A stretch of DNA of 64,000 nucleotides from Stegostoma tigrinum (taxonomy: Eukaryota): assembly GCF_030684315.1 (NCBI RefSeq), contig NC_081362.1, positions 96,207,187 through 96,271,186 of the forward strand, in the 5' to 3' direction. The notes under the pieces are model-generated. The model did no database searches. It was not told the origin of the DNA and worked only from the letters and a program-made list of their open reading frames with translations. Position numbers and translations under genes: made by a program. Position 1 is the stretch's first letter; every line of letters begins with the position of its first letter. Positions 11,694-24,516 of the stretch are shown one piece after another.

Positions 11694-13603
11694 GTAAGTA
11701 GAGATAACATGACAATCTCCTCCAACAATAACCTCTTGCCCAATGAATGAATTGGACAACAGTTTGTGAACAAGACAATTGAGGAGGTGTTGGAGAGTGA
11801 TCTTGGGGATGGATTCACTGTAAGGACGAAAATGAGTTCAGGTTCACCAATTGTTTCAATTATTTTGTAAGATGATGGTGTCAATGACAGGGTCAGCATT
11901 TATTGCCTATTCTTAATTGCCCTTGATAAGGTGATGGTGTATATAATCTTGACCAATAGAAGTGTTTTAATATTTTAGATTGCGTATTATTCATCGATAA
12001 ATTACCTGCCATTAGAATTTCATGAGCCAATTTGTGAAATTTCATTCTGATCTTCAGGTGGAGTGAGCACCTGATGGATCACTGTTCATTCCTCATTGCA
12101 TGGTACCTGGGGTGGAATCCATTTCCTCATTAATACTTCAGCTCTCAGAGGCTGTTACTGACTCCATTTCTAAGGACAAAAACAGAAATTGTTGGAAAAT
12201 CTTAACAGGTCTGGCAGCATCTGCAGAGAGAAAACAAAATGAATGTTTCAGATCTAGTGACTGTTCTTCAGAACTGATGGTAGCGAGTGAAAGGATGGTT
12301 TAAATACAGAAGATGGGCTGGGAGATGTGGAGTAGAGTGAACAATACGAGTTAGAGCCCAAATGGAGAGAAAAATAGTTGGACAGTCAAGGGAGTAGTTA
12401 AAGGTCAGTCGGGGGGAATGAGAAGCTACTGATGGGGACGATTAGTGGCTGACAATGAGTGGTGTTTATAACAGGCCATGTAACAACAGGGCCTGGTTTG
12501 TGGGGGAATTCATGGGGAAAGATGATCAAGCTCTAACATTGTTGAACTCGATATTAACTTCAGAAGGCTACAGGGTTCCGAAGTGGAAACTGAGATGTGA
12601 GATTCCAGCTTGCACTGAGCTTCCCTGGATCACTGCAGCGAGCCTGAGACAGATGTCAGTCAGACAACATGTGGTGTGTTGAAATGGCAATCGACTGGAC
12701 ACTTATAGTTGTTTTTGTGGGCAAAACATAGGTGTTCTGCAAAGGGATTACCCAGCCTGCGTTTTTCTTACCTAATGAAGAGGAGACTATATTGCAAGCA
12801 GCGAATAGTTTGTCTCCTCACAGAATGCAGAGAGGCCTGGATAGAATGGACATGCAGAAGATTTTTGTACCACTAGGAGAGTCTAGGATCTGGTACTCTC
12901 GTCACAGGGTGAAGGGATGACCCTTTAGAGCTGAGATGGTGAAGAACATCTTCAGCCAGAGGGGGATGAATCTGTGGAACTCATTGCCGCAGAGGGCTAG
13001 GGAGGCCAAGTCTTGGAGTTTACTTAAGAAAGAGATGGCAAAGTTCTAAATGAGCCTGGATCAAGGCATCAGGTACTTTCTTTTGTTTTACTCGCAAATA
13101 GAACAAACTATTTCTCCTCTTGGACTAGTTTCTCAAAATTAAGCTCTTTCTGTTCTCCCTGTCTTTCTGCTTCTCCACCTTGCTTGTTGTCAGTGTTGTA
13201 TTTAACATTCTTGTGTGTCTATTTGGTTTTGTTTCATTCATTCTTGGGATGTGGCCAATATTGGGCTGGCCAGCACTTGTCCATCTCAAATGGACTTTGT
13301 GAAGAAATGCCTTCACCCAGAGACTGGGGAGCCTGTGGAATTCTCTCCCACAGAAAGTAGTTGAGGTCAAAATGCTGAATATTTTCAAAAATGGGTTAGA
13401 TATAATTCTTAGGGCTAAAGGGGACAAAGAGCACGAGGAGAAAGCTGGAACAGGGGACTGAGTTAGATGATCATCCATGATTATGTTGAAAGGGATTGCA
13501 GGAAAATGGGCTGAATGGTCTACTCCAGCTCCTGTTTTCTACATTTTGTGAAGGTGATAGTGAGCTGCCTTCCTGAACTGCTGTGGCCCACTTGGTGTTG
13601 GGA

Positions 13604-13947
13604 CATAGAACATAGAACATAGAACATAGAACAGTACAGCACAGAACAGGCCCTTCAGCCCACAATGTTGTGCCAACCATTGATCCTCATGTATGCACCC
13701 TCAAATTTCTGTGACCATATACATGTCCAGCAGTCTCTTAAATGACCCCAATGACCTTGCTTCCACAACTGCTGCTGGCAAAGCATTCCATGTTCTCACA
13801 ACTCTCTGCGTAAAGAACCTGCCTCTGACATCCCCTCTATACTTTCCACCAACCAGCTTAAAACTATGACCCCTCGTGCTAGCCATTTCTGCCCTGGGAA
13901 ATAGTCTCTGGCTATCAACTCTATCTATGCCTCTCATTATCTTGTAT
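13604..13947 (-). mobile_element. Young CR1 LINE 3' end with (TTCTATG)n tail
   Basis: ORF 13701..14081(-) includes YKIMRGIDRVDSQRLFP...TRGHSFKL...FFTQRVVRTWNALP; tail (agaacat)n; absent from the paralogous position near 39700. Confidence 0.85.
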
Positions 13948-14561
13948 ATATCATATATCTTGACCCAGTGACATGAAGGAATGATAATGATATATTTCCC
14001 AGTCCAGATGGTGAGTGCCTTGGAGGGGAACCTGAAGGAGGTGGTGTCAGATGTATCTACTGCACTTGACAGTGGGTTCAAAAGCTACTGTTGGAGGAAC
14101 ATTGGTGAGTTCCTGAAGGCATCTTGTAGATGGTACACGCTGTGCATTGGGGTTAGAAGGAGTGAATGCTGAATGTGGTAGTTGACACGCCAATCAAGTG
14201 GCCGCTTGTCCTGGATGGTGTGAAGCTTCCTGTTGGAGCTGCACTCATCAGAGCAAGTAGATATATCATCACCCTGATTTCTGCTTTGTCGATAGATGGG
14301 AGGCAGGCTGTGGGAGTCAGAGTGTCAGTTACTCACCTTGACCTGCTCTTGTAACCACAGTGTTTTTTACGCTGTTTCCGTTAACGGAGGGGTCAATGGG
14401 AACTCTCAGGATGTAGTTCATCCAGGATTTTTTTTTCTTTATTTTTTCATGGGATATGTACCTCGTTGGCAAGGCCCGAACTTGTCCCTCAGCCCTAATT
14501 GCCCTCAAACTGAATCACTCACCTGTTCATTTCAGAGGGCAATAAGAACAATCTAATTGGG

Positions 14562-15022
14562 GGAGACGATGGCTGAGTGGTATTATCACTGGACTGTTAA
14601 TCCAGAGAACCAGATAACATTCTGTGTACCCAAGTTTGAATCCTCACATGGTGGGTGGTGGAATTTGAATTTCATAAATATCTGGAATTAACAATGTAAT
14701 GATGGCTGCAAATCCATTGTGAATTATTGTTAAACCCATCTGCTTCGCTATTGTCCTTCAGGGAAGGAAACTGCCATCCTTACCTGGCCTGGGCTGCATG
14801 GGACTCCAGACCCACCGCAATTTTTTGTTCCTTCATTCATTCATGGGATGAGGGCTTTGCTGCTAAGCAGCATTTATTGCCCATCCCTAATTGCCCATAG
14901 GGCAGATAAGAGTCAACCACGTTGCTGTAGGCCTGGAGTCAGATGCAGGCCAGACCAGGTAAGGATGGCAGATTTCCTTCCCTGAAGGACATTAGTGAAC
15001 CAGAAGGGTTTTTACAACCATT
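14562..15022. mobile_element. Two opposed copies of a second tRNA-like SINE family
   Basis: Head tggctgagtggtattatcactggactgttaatccagag and core aagg-aaactgccatccttacctgg; other copies at 21250-21583, 38855-39070 and 60690-60940. Confidence 0.6.
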
Positions 15023-15341
15023 GATGGGAACATTGGGAATTGGGATGGCATGTTTCCATCTCTCAGTTAGTCTGGCATTGTTGTGTGTTATTGTGTCATA
15101 AACCGTTTGTAACTAAATTCAGTAAAGAGGCCAAATAGCTTGTGCCTTGTTTGGAGAAGCTGGTGCCCACACGAAGTCTGGGTGGTATAAGCTATGACTC
15201 TGTAATTACCAAATGCTGTGCTCCCATAGTGAAGGGTTCAGTACCAAGGCTGCACACGGTAATGCTTTCTTAACCTCGCTCCGGCTGCCTGTATTTATCT
15301 TTCATCACAGAGATTTGAGACTTTAACAGAATACAAATGGG

Positions 15342-15578
15342 TAACACAGTGTGGAGCTGGAGGAGCACAGCAGGCCAGGCCGCATCAGAGAAGTAGGAAT
15401 GTTGATGTTTCGGGTCAGGACCCTTCTTTAGAGAAATTTTCTTCAGAAAAATATTCTACAGAAAAGACCTGAAATGTCAACTTTCCTACTCCTCTGATGC
15501 TGCCTGGCCTGCTGTGCTCCTCCAGCTCTGCACTGTGTTATCTCTGAGCTGATCATCGGCAGTTCTTACTATCTCAAG
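15342..15578. mobile_element. Palindromic Penelope derivative (older subfamily)
   Basis: Inverted arms gagctggaggagcacagcaggccagg / cctggcctgctgtgctcctccagctc; absent from the paralogous site near 38440. Confidence 0.7.
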
Positions 15579-15900
15579 ATACGAAGGAATTTGTTTGGTG
15601 GCATCTTATTGAATTCCATAGACATTCACTCCCACGAGCCAATTCCACGTAAAAACTGGATCTGTATCTCAATGTCATTTAAACTGAAGGTTAAATTGGG
15701 TTCCAGTGTAACTCATTAAGATGTGAGTAATTTTTCAAGGAAATTCCAAACGTTCAGCTCTTAAGTCTTTGGCCTGTCATTTCCCACAATCTTCTGCCGC
15801 TCCTGTTCTGTTCAATGACACTCACCCTCACCCCGATGTCCCTGTCCTGAGCTAACCCTTCCTAATACCTGCCCTGGTTATTCCCCTTCTTCTAAGCCTT

Positions 15901-16212
15901 AGATTAGATTCCCTACAGTGTAGAAACAGGCCTTTCAGCCCAACAAGTCCACACTGCCCCTTGAAACATCCCACCCAGACCCATTCCCCTATAACCCACA
16001 CATCCCTGAACACTATGGGCAATTTAGCATGGCCAATCCACTGAGCCTGCATATCTTTGGACTGTGGGAGGAAGACGGAGCACCCGGAGGAAACCCACGC
16101 AGACACAGGGAGAATGTGCAAACTCCACACAGACAGTCACCAGAGGCTGGAATCGAACCTGGGTCCTTGGTGCTGTGAGGCTGCAGTGCTAACCACTGAG
16201 CCACCGTGCCAC
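15901..16212 (-). mobile_element. HE1-like V-SINE
   Basis: Reverse complement of ggcacggtggctcagtggttagcactgc...gtggagtttgcacattctccctgtgtctgcgtgggtttcctccgggtg. Confidence 0.88.
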
Positions 16213-17204
16213 ACCTCTTTAATCCTTTAGCCCAAGTGACACTGTGACACTGAGGGCGGGACATAGGAACAGGTGTAGGCCAAACTGCTGACTGCACTTC
16301 CACTCAATGAAATGATGGATGATCTGACTTCAATGTGAGCTCTACGTTCTTACAAATCCCTGTAAATCTTTCACCCCCTGGAAAATTAAGAATCTACTTC
16401 CCTCAGCCTTAAAAATGTTTAACAATTCTGCATCATTGGCCTTTTGACAAAGCGAATTCCAAAGACACACAATCCTCTGAGGAAATAAACTTTTGCCCAT
16501 CTCTGTCTGAAAAGTGCATCTCTTATTTTTAAACTCTGCCCCCTCGAGGCAGACTCTTCCACAAAATGCCTGGAACGTGCCGCCAGCGGAGGTGGTAGAT
16601 GCAGACACGCTAGTGTCTTTCAAGATGCATCTGGATTGGTACATGGATGGGCAGGGAGCAAAGGGGCACAGACCCTTAGAAAACAGATGATAGGCTTAGA
16701 CAGAGGAAATCGATCGGCGCAGGTTTGGAGGGCCAAAGGGCCTGTTCCTGTGCTGTAATTTTCTTTGTTCTTAGTTCTAAAAAGAACCATCCTTTCCTCA
16801 CCAACCTGGTTAAGTTCCCACAGGATCTTATATGTTTCAATGAACTCCTCTCAGAACCCCATGGAATCCAGTTTGAATGCATCTGGTGAGTGTTCGCAGC
16901 TCGAGGAATTTCAGAACTGAGTTGAGGAGTTGGAGCCTGAGCTGCAGATAATATGTTACATTACAGAAGGGGAAAGTTCCCTGGAAACCTTTCTCCAGTG
17001 GCTGTTCACATCCCTTGGACTAGGGAATTGGAGATTAGCCATGGGTCAGGTGCAGGGCACTGTGGCCGCAGGAGAGGCCAGTATGAGTCATTTCTAACAG
17101 TGAACCCAGTGGCATAGGTTTGTGTTTGGGTCCTGATCCCAAATATTTCCCGACTGAGGAATGATAACCTGGGTCAATAACAAAGGGGAAAATCTGAGAT
17201 TCAA

Positions 17205-17257
17205 CTGCAGCGTGTGGAGCTGCACCTGTGGAACAGGGAGCCAGCTCAATGTAACTG
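17205..17257 (+). pseudogene. V3: 3' remnant of a VJ exon (paralog of V4)
   Basis: CSVWSCTCGTGSQLNVT plus GTAAGT donor at 17258, matching the V4 end CSVWSYIYGAGSQLNVT; the 5' part is lost in a deletion of about 0.9 kb. Confidence 0.85.
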
Positions 17258-17951
17258 GTAAGTCAATGGAAGGGAACACTGGTGTGAACAGGGAAGGGAG
17301 CTGTGCTTCATTAGTGGAAGGGCAGAATGGTCATGAAGGCCAGGTATTCCCAAGGCAGGATGGGGAGTAACCTGAAGGGAAACCTGCAGTGTGTGGTGTT
17401 GTATATGCTGTCCTTGTCCTCTAGAAGGAGATGGTCATGGGTTGGAAGGTGCTGTCTGAGGATCTCTGGTGAATTTCTTCAGTGCATCTTGTAGATAGTA
17501 CACAGTAGGGAGTCAATGGTGAAGACGGTGGATGCTTGTGGATGTTTATGAGGGTTCATTGTTTTAAAGTGAAAGGAGGTAGATATTGGGGAGATGTCAG
17601 AGGTAGATCCGTTACTCAGAGAGTGGTAGGGGTGTGGAATGCATTGCTGGAGAATGTAGTGGAGTCAGCCTCATTAGGGGCATTTAAGTGGCTTTTAGAT
17701 AGGCATATGGATGATAGTATAATGTAGCGGTGGAAGTTAGATAGACATTAGGTTTTGGTAAAAGTTCCACATCGTTCTATATTCTATGTGGTTCCATCAC
17801 ACTCCTGACCTGTGCCTTGCAGATAGTGGATAGGGTTTGGGGAATCAGGAAGAGAATTATGATTTGAAGAGCTCAAGATTAATGTTATTGACAATGTTGT
17901 GCATTGCTCAGGCTACAGTGGCTGTGTGTACAACAATCTAATACTTTACAG

Positions 17952-18101
17952 AAGAATCTTCCCATGGTATTCTTTGGACTTCAGGTCCATTTTAATCACT
18001 GGTAGTATTCTGTGCTTCACTGCCTTGATCTGCCTTGTCCTGCTGACAATTTTCCTTCGGAAACAAAAGCTGTGTTCTTCAGTAAAGGACTCCACACAAG
18101 G
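17952..18101 (+). pseudogene. Stalk/transmembrane exon of the plus-strand receptor pseudogene
   Basis: Acceptor tactttacAG, donor GTAAAT at 18102. Reads EESSHGILWTSG, then after a 1-nt deletion ILITGSILCFTALICLVLLTIFL-RKQK: an uncharged hydrophobic helix followed by basic stop-transfer residues. Confidence 0.8.
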
Positions 18102-21100
18102 GTAAATCCCATTTCATCTTGGATTTGATTCTGTCACTGAACAGTTATTGTTCTCAATATTGGGACAATTGTTTTTAGTGAGTGCTGATATTCTCACTGC
18201 ATGTACAGATCCATTGTAAATGGTGGATCAGTGACTGTTGAGACTATCCCACGCGTCCAGATGCCCAATCATTGCCAGTTTGCTCCATTTCTATTGTCAC
18301 ACATGTTTTGGTCCCAGACGGCAGGCATCTGCTGGTGACAGTGAGAAAACTTTGAATGGGTCAAGTGTTAGACATCACCTGTGGGATCCCCCATAGGTAT
18401 TGGATCATTACCCATCGAGCCCAGTGTCAGGATCTGCATTAGAGCTGGTGGCAGCACAGTGCCTCCTGCTGGGAAGACCAAGGGAGTGGCCCAAGGCCTT
18501 TCACTTCCACATCAGCAGAAAGCCCAAATCTCATTTATCTGCCACTTTCCCCTATCAATTCAATCCCCTTTACACTCACACCCCTCTCCAATCAAATGCT
18601 GAATATTGACATTGATTGTGCGCCTACGATTAATCTGGAGTGGCCTTCAGAGACCCCACCCTGTGGTGAAGTGATTTCCCAAGCGTCTGGACAGAATCTC
18701 TTCTGTTGTATGTTGTACCCTTGATCGCTCTTTCTTCACGCACTCAATAGTCTGTATCCATCTCATTCGTTGCCCCTTTAAAGGGTTTTAAACACTTTGA
18801 TCATAGCCCTGTGCAGTCTTTTTACTTCCAATGCATTAAGACATTCTGAAGTCTTTCTTTATGTTTGTATTTGCTTATCCTGGGCAGCATCCCAGTGAGT
18901 TTGCGCCGTTCTCTCCCTCAGTATGTTCTCAGTCTTAAACAGCTCAGAGTGCAACAAGTTTCTGGAAAAAAACCTTTCCTTTCTGTAGACAGAAACAACA
19001 ACAATTTGGCCAAGTTTCCCAGCATGCCGAGAAAACACAGTGTGGAGCTGGATGAACACAGCAGGCCAAGCAGCATCTTAGCAGCACAAAAGCTGACGTT
19101 TCAGGCCCAGACCCTTCCCATCTGCTTTTGGTCAAAGTCGGTTGTTCGTACAAATTCTGCTCTTTTTTTGCATTTCCAAGTTTCTAGATCATCCTTTTCA
19201 TCTTTAAGCTGGTTTCAAAAGTCTGTGGTGCACTGTGTAAAATTTGTCAACACTGAGAGTGTGAAGATTTCAGTGTTGTTCTGTAATAAATGTGCAATGT
19301 ACCTAATGTGTAGCATTTTGGTAAGTGAACTAATGTGATCATTGTCACATCATTTGTCAGGAATTACTCTGTTGCAAATCAGAAAATGAATTGCAATGTC
19401 TCAGGAAGTTTCCTTTTAACAGTTCCTTCTAAAGCTTTTGACCTCAGACAGCAATGGCAGCAGATGCATGCGGGAGCACCACACTTTATAAGTTTCCCTA
19501 TGAACAATTCCCCTCCTGATTTGGAAATATATCCTTGTCCTTTCACTATCACTGGTTCAAAACACTGCGACTCAGTTCTTTACAGATCTGGGGGTATCTC
19601 TACACCCTAAGCAGTGGCTGAAGGTGTTTGCTTGCAGCGACATTCCTGAGAATAATTAGATTTGGGCGAGAAAATTATTTCCTACAGCCAGCAATTCCTC
19701 TGAGTGATACTTTTATAAAAAAAGATAAATTCTGGGACATGAAAAGGAAGGGCTTCAAACAATATGGGCCAAATGATGGCAAACGGGACTACATTAATTT
19801 TGGATATCTGGTTGACATGGCTGATGTGGGCTGAAAGTACAGCACTGTGACTCTATGGCTATGTGGCCTGTAAACCCTCTCCCACTACTGCCACAACAAG
19901 CAACTGTTTCACCAGCACTTACAATGAGGTTTAGCTTATTCGATTTCAGAAAGTGTAGCAATCCCTCAAAAATCCTTGGTTTGTAAAACCGCTAATTTTC
20001 CATTTCAGTCCACAATCAAATACACAAAAGATAAAAATATCTACACTCCATGACAGCTTGTGTTTCTAGTTCATTACTTCCCTGGAGTAGAGAGAGACCA
20101 GGAGAATTGGTTCCAGGTCTCTGCATAATCTCTCACACTCTCATTCGTGGTTATTGGACAGCAGTTCAATGTGACTCATTTCCAGTTTGCCCACATGGTG
20201 ACCAGTGACTGGTCATTCAGCAGGAAAGAAAAACACACTCAAATTGGCAGGTGAGACGTACTGTCCAACTTGCCTTCTGTAATTCAAAATGAGGGTTCAG
20301 TCTGACTGGGATGGTCAGGTCCAAGTATTCCTGATTTTGTTCCTGATTTTCCCTCTGGGATGTATTTCTCTCCCAGAACTCTATTCCTCTTCTGTCAGCT
20401 GACCCACAGATTTGAGTTGGAAACTGTTTGGCAAATTAACCACTTTCATGGAAATAGAAACATTCCAAGGCCGTAATTCCTGGCTGTCTAATCAATGTTG
20501 TCATCTCTTATTTCACAATGATTAATGCACCCAATCTTTATTGGTTCCAATTTATAACAAAATGTGAAAGATTCTCCAGCAGATTGAGACTCAACATACA
20601 TGGTAAATATCTTGCACTGCAATTAACATCTGGGTTTTACAAATCCCAAAGAGTCCGCTTTCTGAAATTCCATTGGTCCCATCATCCGATTGGCATCTTT
20701 ATTCACCAATCACCACCAGTGAGAATGGGCTCAGTGAGGAGCAACCAGATTATGCACCATGCTAGATTCCCAACTTAATTTCTGGGATCTTCTTGCTCAG
20801 GTTTCATTTACTGTCTTCACTCTCTAATCTCATTGTTTATCAATCCCAGGGTCTGACCACCATCCTCTTAGTCTGTCCTGGATGCCCAAAGTTCAAGTCT
20901 CATTCTCTGTCACTCGGAACCACTGGCTATATGCTTTCCCTTCCTCCCTCATGCCCAAGCCTCTGGTGTCCTCAGTCACTGCCAACCTCAGGAGCTAGGT
21001 GCTTTCATAACTGCATTTCACAATCCTCAAAAAGAAAGAACATTTTCCATTTATTTTACTCATCTCACAACCTCAGCATGGCCTGGGAGTCTTTACATCG

Positions 21101-21249
21101 AGTGAAGTCATTTGAAGTGTCGTCACCGTTATCAGAAAGAGAGGAACAAATTTAAATGCAGCAATGTCACTGAGAGAACAATGCTGCTTAAAAATAGAAT
21201 AACATAAGAAATAGGAGCAAATGTAACGTCAACAGTACCACATAGTCAA

Positions 21250-21583
21250 TGGCCTAGTGGTGATGTCACTGCGCTGTTAACTAAAATGTTCTGGAGACCC
21301 AGGTTCAAATCCTGCCATGGTAGATGGTGGAATTTGAATTCAGTTAAATTCTGTAATTAAGAATCTAATGCTGACCACAAATCCGTTGCTGGGGTAAAAC
21401 CCACCTGGTTCACTAATGCACTTTAGTAAAGGAAACTGTCATCATTACCTGGCCTGGTCGACATATGACTCCAGACACACAGCAATGAGGTTGACTCTGA
21501 ACTGCTCTCTGAGCTATTAGGGATGGACAATAAATGCTGGCTCGACCAGCAATGCCCTCATCCTCTGAATGAATAAATAAAAA
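21250..21583 (+). mobile_element. tRNA-like SINE (second family)
   Basis: tggcctagtggt A-box-like and ggttcaaatcc B box, conserved core, A-rich tail. Confidence 0.7.
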
Positions 21584-22161
21584 CAGCTCCACCAGCTCCC
21601 CATTTGATAAAATCCTGGTGGATAATCAGCACCAATTCCACTTACCCACCTGCTCCCTATCTCCTGAAAATTCTTGGAGATACTGGGGGTCTGTCCATTT
21701 CAACTCTAAAATACTCTCAATGATGGAACATCATCAACTCTTTTGTGGAGAGAATTCCAAATATTAACTACGCTTGGAGGAAAGAAATTTCTTCCAAAAA
21801 GATCATTTGTCCAGCTGATCGAGAAGACTGGCTTCAGTTTGGTATCTGATTGAAAAGCCTGTCCTGCTGACACTGCTGCACTGCCTCTGCACTGCACTGA
21901 GGTACCAGCCTGGATGGTATGATCAAATGTCAGGACTTGGTTTTCGGTCTAAAATCTCCAGTCTCAAAAACAAATATTTTTTTCATTGAGCCAACAGTAA
22001 TAAATGAAGGAGGCTGTAAACATGGATCTGGTTCCAGTGAGAGAAATTATTTTCCCCATAAGCAGCAAATATTGTTAGATTGTGAAATAATTCTAAATTA
22101 GCCATCATTGTGTCCATGTTCGTAGATCATAGTTTTTGTTATTTCTCTTTTTCCTGTTAAG

Positions 22162-22245
22162 CATCGTAGCAACAAGATCACTCTATCTACAGTGAGCTGA
22201 AAGATATGTTTCTAATTGTGCCTCCAACAGGCTGTTTTACCTGAT
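22162..22245 (+). pseudogene. Candidate cytoplasmic exon with ITIM (SIYSEL)
   Basis: Long polypyrimidine tract plus AG at 22160-61 (alternative AG at 22168-69), then QQDHSIYSELKDMF, downstream of the TM exon on the same strand. Confidence 0.4.
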
Positions 22246-24516
22246 GCAGCGAGGTTTATACTATCTCCTACAACATGACAATCTGGGTGTGGGGATAGTG
22301 TAATTGACAAGTCTAAAAGTTATTCATATGTACAGTGACTTCAGAAATGGAATATACTCCTGTTTTATACAAAAATGGCCTTCCTCAGCCTCGTCAATAT
22401 CTGGGCGAACATTAGCAATTCAGTTGCAGGATTATTTCCAACAGAGTCTCATGCTTTATGTGATCGGATCCTGGATTGAATCTGAGGTATTTGTACTCCC
22501 AGGTCATAGGCTCTGATGCAGTGAAGACATCATCAGCATGTAGGATCATAGACTCATTCAGTACAAAAGATACCCTTCAGCCCATCAAGCCTGTCCCATG
22601 AAATACTACACCAAACCTACACTAGTCCCAGTTTCCACCACGAAGACCACAGCCTTAAAAGTTATGAAAATTCAGTTGCTAATCCAAGTATTTTTTGAAG
22701 GATGTGAAGTTTCCAACCTCAACTACCCTCCCAGGCAGTGCATTCCCGATTCCCACCACCCTCTGGGTGAAAAGACATATTCTCAACTCCCTTCTAAACT
22801 TACTGCCTTTCATCGAGTCACAGAGGCATATAGTATGGAAACAGCCCCTTCAGTGCAACTCACCCAAGCCAACCAAGTTTCCCAGGCTAAACTCGCACCA
22901 CTTACCTTGACTGGCCGATATCCAACAAAACCTTTTCTCTTCATGTCCAAATGTCTTTTAAATGTTTTAATTGTATCTGCATTTATCACTTCCTCTGGCA
23001 GTTCACCACACATATAAACCACCCTCTGTGTGAAAAAGTTGCGCCTCAGGTCCATTTTAAATCTTTCTCCTCTTACTTTAAAAAAAAGCTTTTTCGTTTC
23101 GAGCTCCCTGATCCGAGAGAAAAGTCCTTTGCCTTTTCTTTATCTATGCTCCTCCTAATCTTTTACACTGCACAGATAATGCCCCCACAACCTTCTGTGC
23201 ATCAAAGCTGATCCAGCCTCACTTCATAAGTAAACAACTCCATCCCAGGCAAAACCCTGGTGAATTTCCTCTGCACCCCTTCAGGACAATCACAACCTTT
23301 CTATAGTGTGCTGACCAGAACTGCACACAGTACTCCAGCTACGACCTGACCAAAGTCCTGTACAGCACCAACATAACCCCCCTGCTCTTATAATCTGTGC
23401 CTGAACCAATAAAGGCAAGCAGCCTATGTAGTTTCATAATGAACCTATTAAACTGTCCTGCCCCCTTCATGGATCTATAGACAAGCTCCCCAAAATCTGT
23501 CAGTCCCTCTGAGCTTCCTCGTGTCCTGTCATTCATTGAATCCTCCATGTTTCATATAACTCCCCTGACGCACTGTCAGTGAGACTGGGCACAACAACCA
23601 AAGAAGTGAAATTAAAAACTCAGCTTCATGGTAACATTTCCAATTGACAAGGATATCTTTCAGGCAGGGAAACCTGTCAGTTTTACCTCGGCTACTCTAC
23701 ATGTGACTTCAGACCCACAGCAATCTGATCGAGTCAAAATAACCCTCTGAAATGGCATTAGCAAGACAGTCAGTTCAAGGGGCAATTAGGCATGGACAGT
23801 AACTAAAAAAGAAACTTTCACTCGACGTGACCCTGGAGCAGTAACCCTGTGTTTATTGGAATCATTCTGGGAATGTGGGTGTGGCTTTCTTTATAGCCCC
23901 AAGGTGTTAACTGTAGCCTTCACTGTCGGAGATCACAGCAGCTCAAACAGCATCCAAGGAGAGAGAGAGAGTAAGCTAACTTTTTAAGTATAGATGACTC
24001 TTCTTCAGAGTTGAAATGAGGTGTGGGACGGACAAATGAATTTGCATATTCTGATCACTTAATCTAAATTAGTAACATCTTTTCTCCATCAGCATCCCAC
24101 ACCCACTACTCCCACCACTATACCACCTTGCGCCCCAATCCATCTTGTGTCACGGGGCAGATCCCAGGGATTTTTGTGAATTTGGTTAAATCTAGTTAAG
24201 AGGAAATTTGACAACAGCAATTTGCTTAATTGTGGTTGTTTATTAAGTAACAACAATGATCGTAATAAGAGTAAAAAATGGAAAAGAAAGGGGAAAAATA
24301 AGAATAAGTCCCATGCTCTTTTGCCCATTGGGAACCCCGCGAATGACAGCTGGTCTCGAGGCAGGTTCGTTCCTGGATCCGTTCTCGGTTCAATGTGAAG
24401 TCCAACTCCGAAAATGAAACTTTCTCTCTCTCTTATTCAGTGTAACAAACAGCCACCACAGAGAAAGCAGAGAGAGATGACAAAACTGCTTGCTGGTGAA
24501 GAAAACAAGATTTTAA

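Larger units (their letters stand above)
13330..19380 (+). repeat. Left arm of inverted segmental duplication (partner about 34950-39960)
   Basis: Collinear reverse-complement similarity over unique sequence (e.g. ccagtgtaactcattaagat in both), shared old repeat fragments in the same order, the V-exon end and the TM exon. Confidence 0.88.

Noticed and set aside
12058-12170. Possible decayed TM exon after V2 (GGVST*WITVHSSLHGTWGGIHFLINTSAL)
   Set aside because: Acceptor is plausible, but there is an early stop, weak hydrophobicity and no donor or paralog support.
13604-13640. Short periodic repeats as CRISPR-like arrays
   Set aside because: Eukaryotic DNA; these are CR1 3' microsatellite tails without spacers.
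15901-16212. tRNA genes at SINE heads
   Set aside because: A/B boxes continue into SINE body and tail; no full cloverleaf.
20518-20778. ORF with NLYWFQ and RFSSRL resembling V-domain motifs
   Set aside because: No correctly spaced cysteines, no YxC and no splice sites; likely chance.
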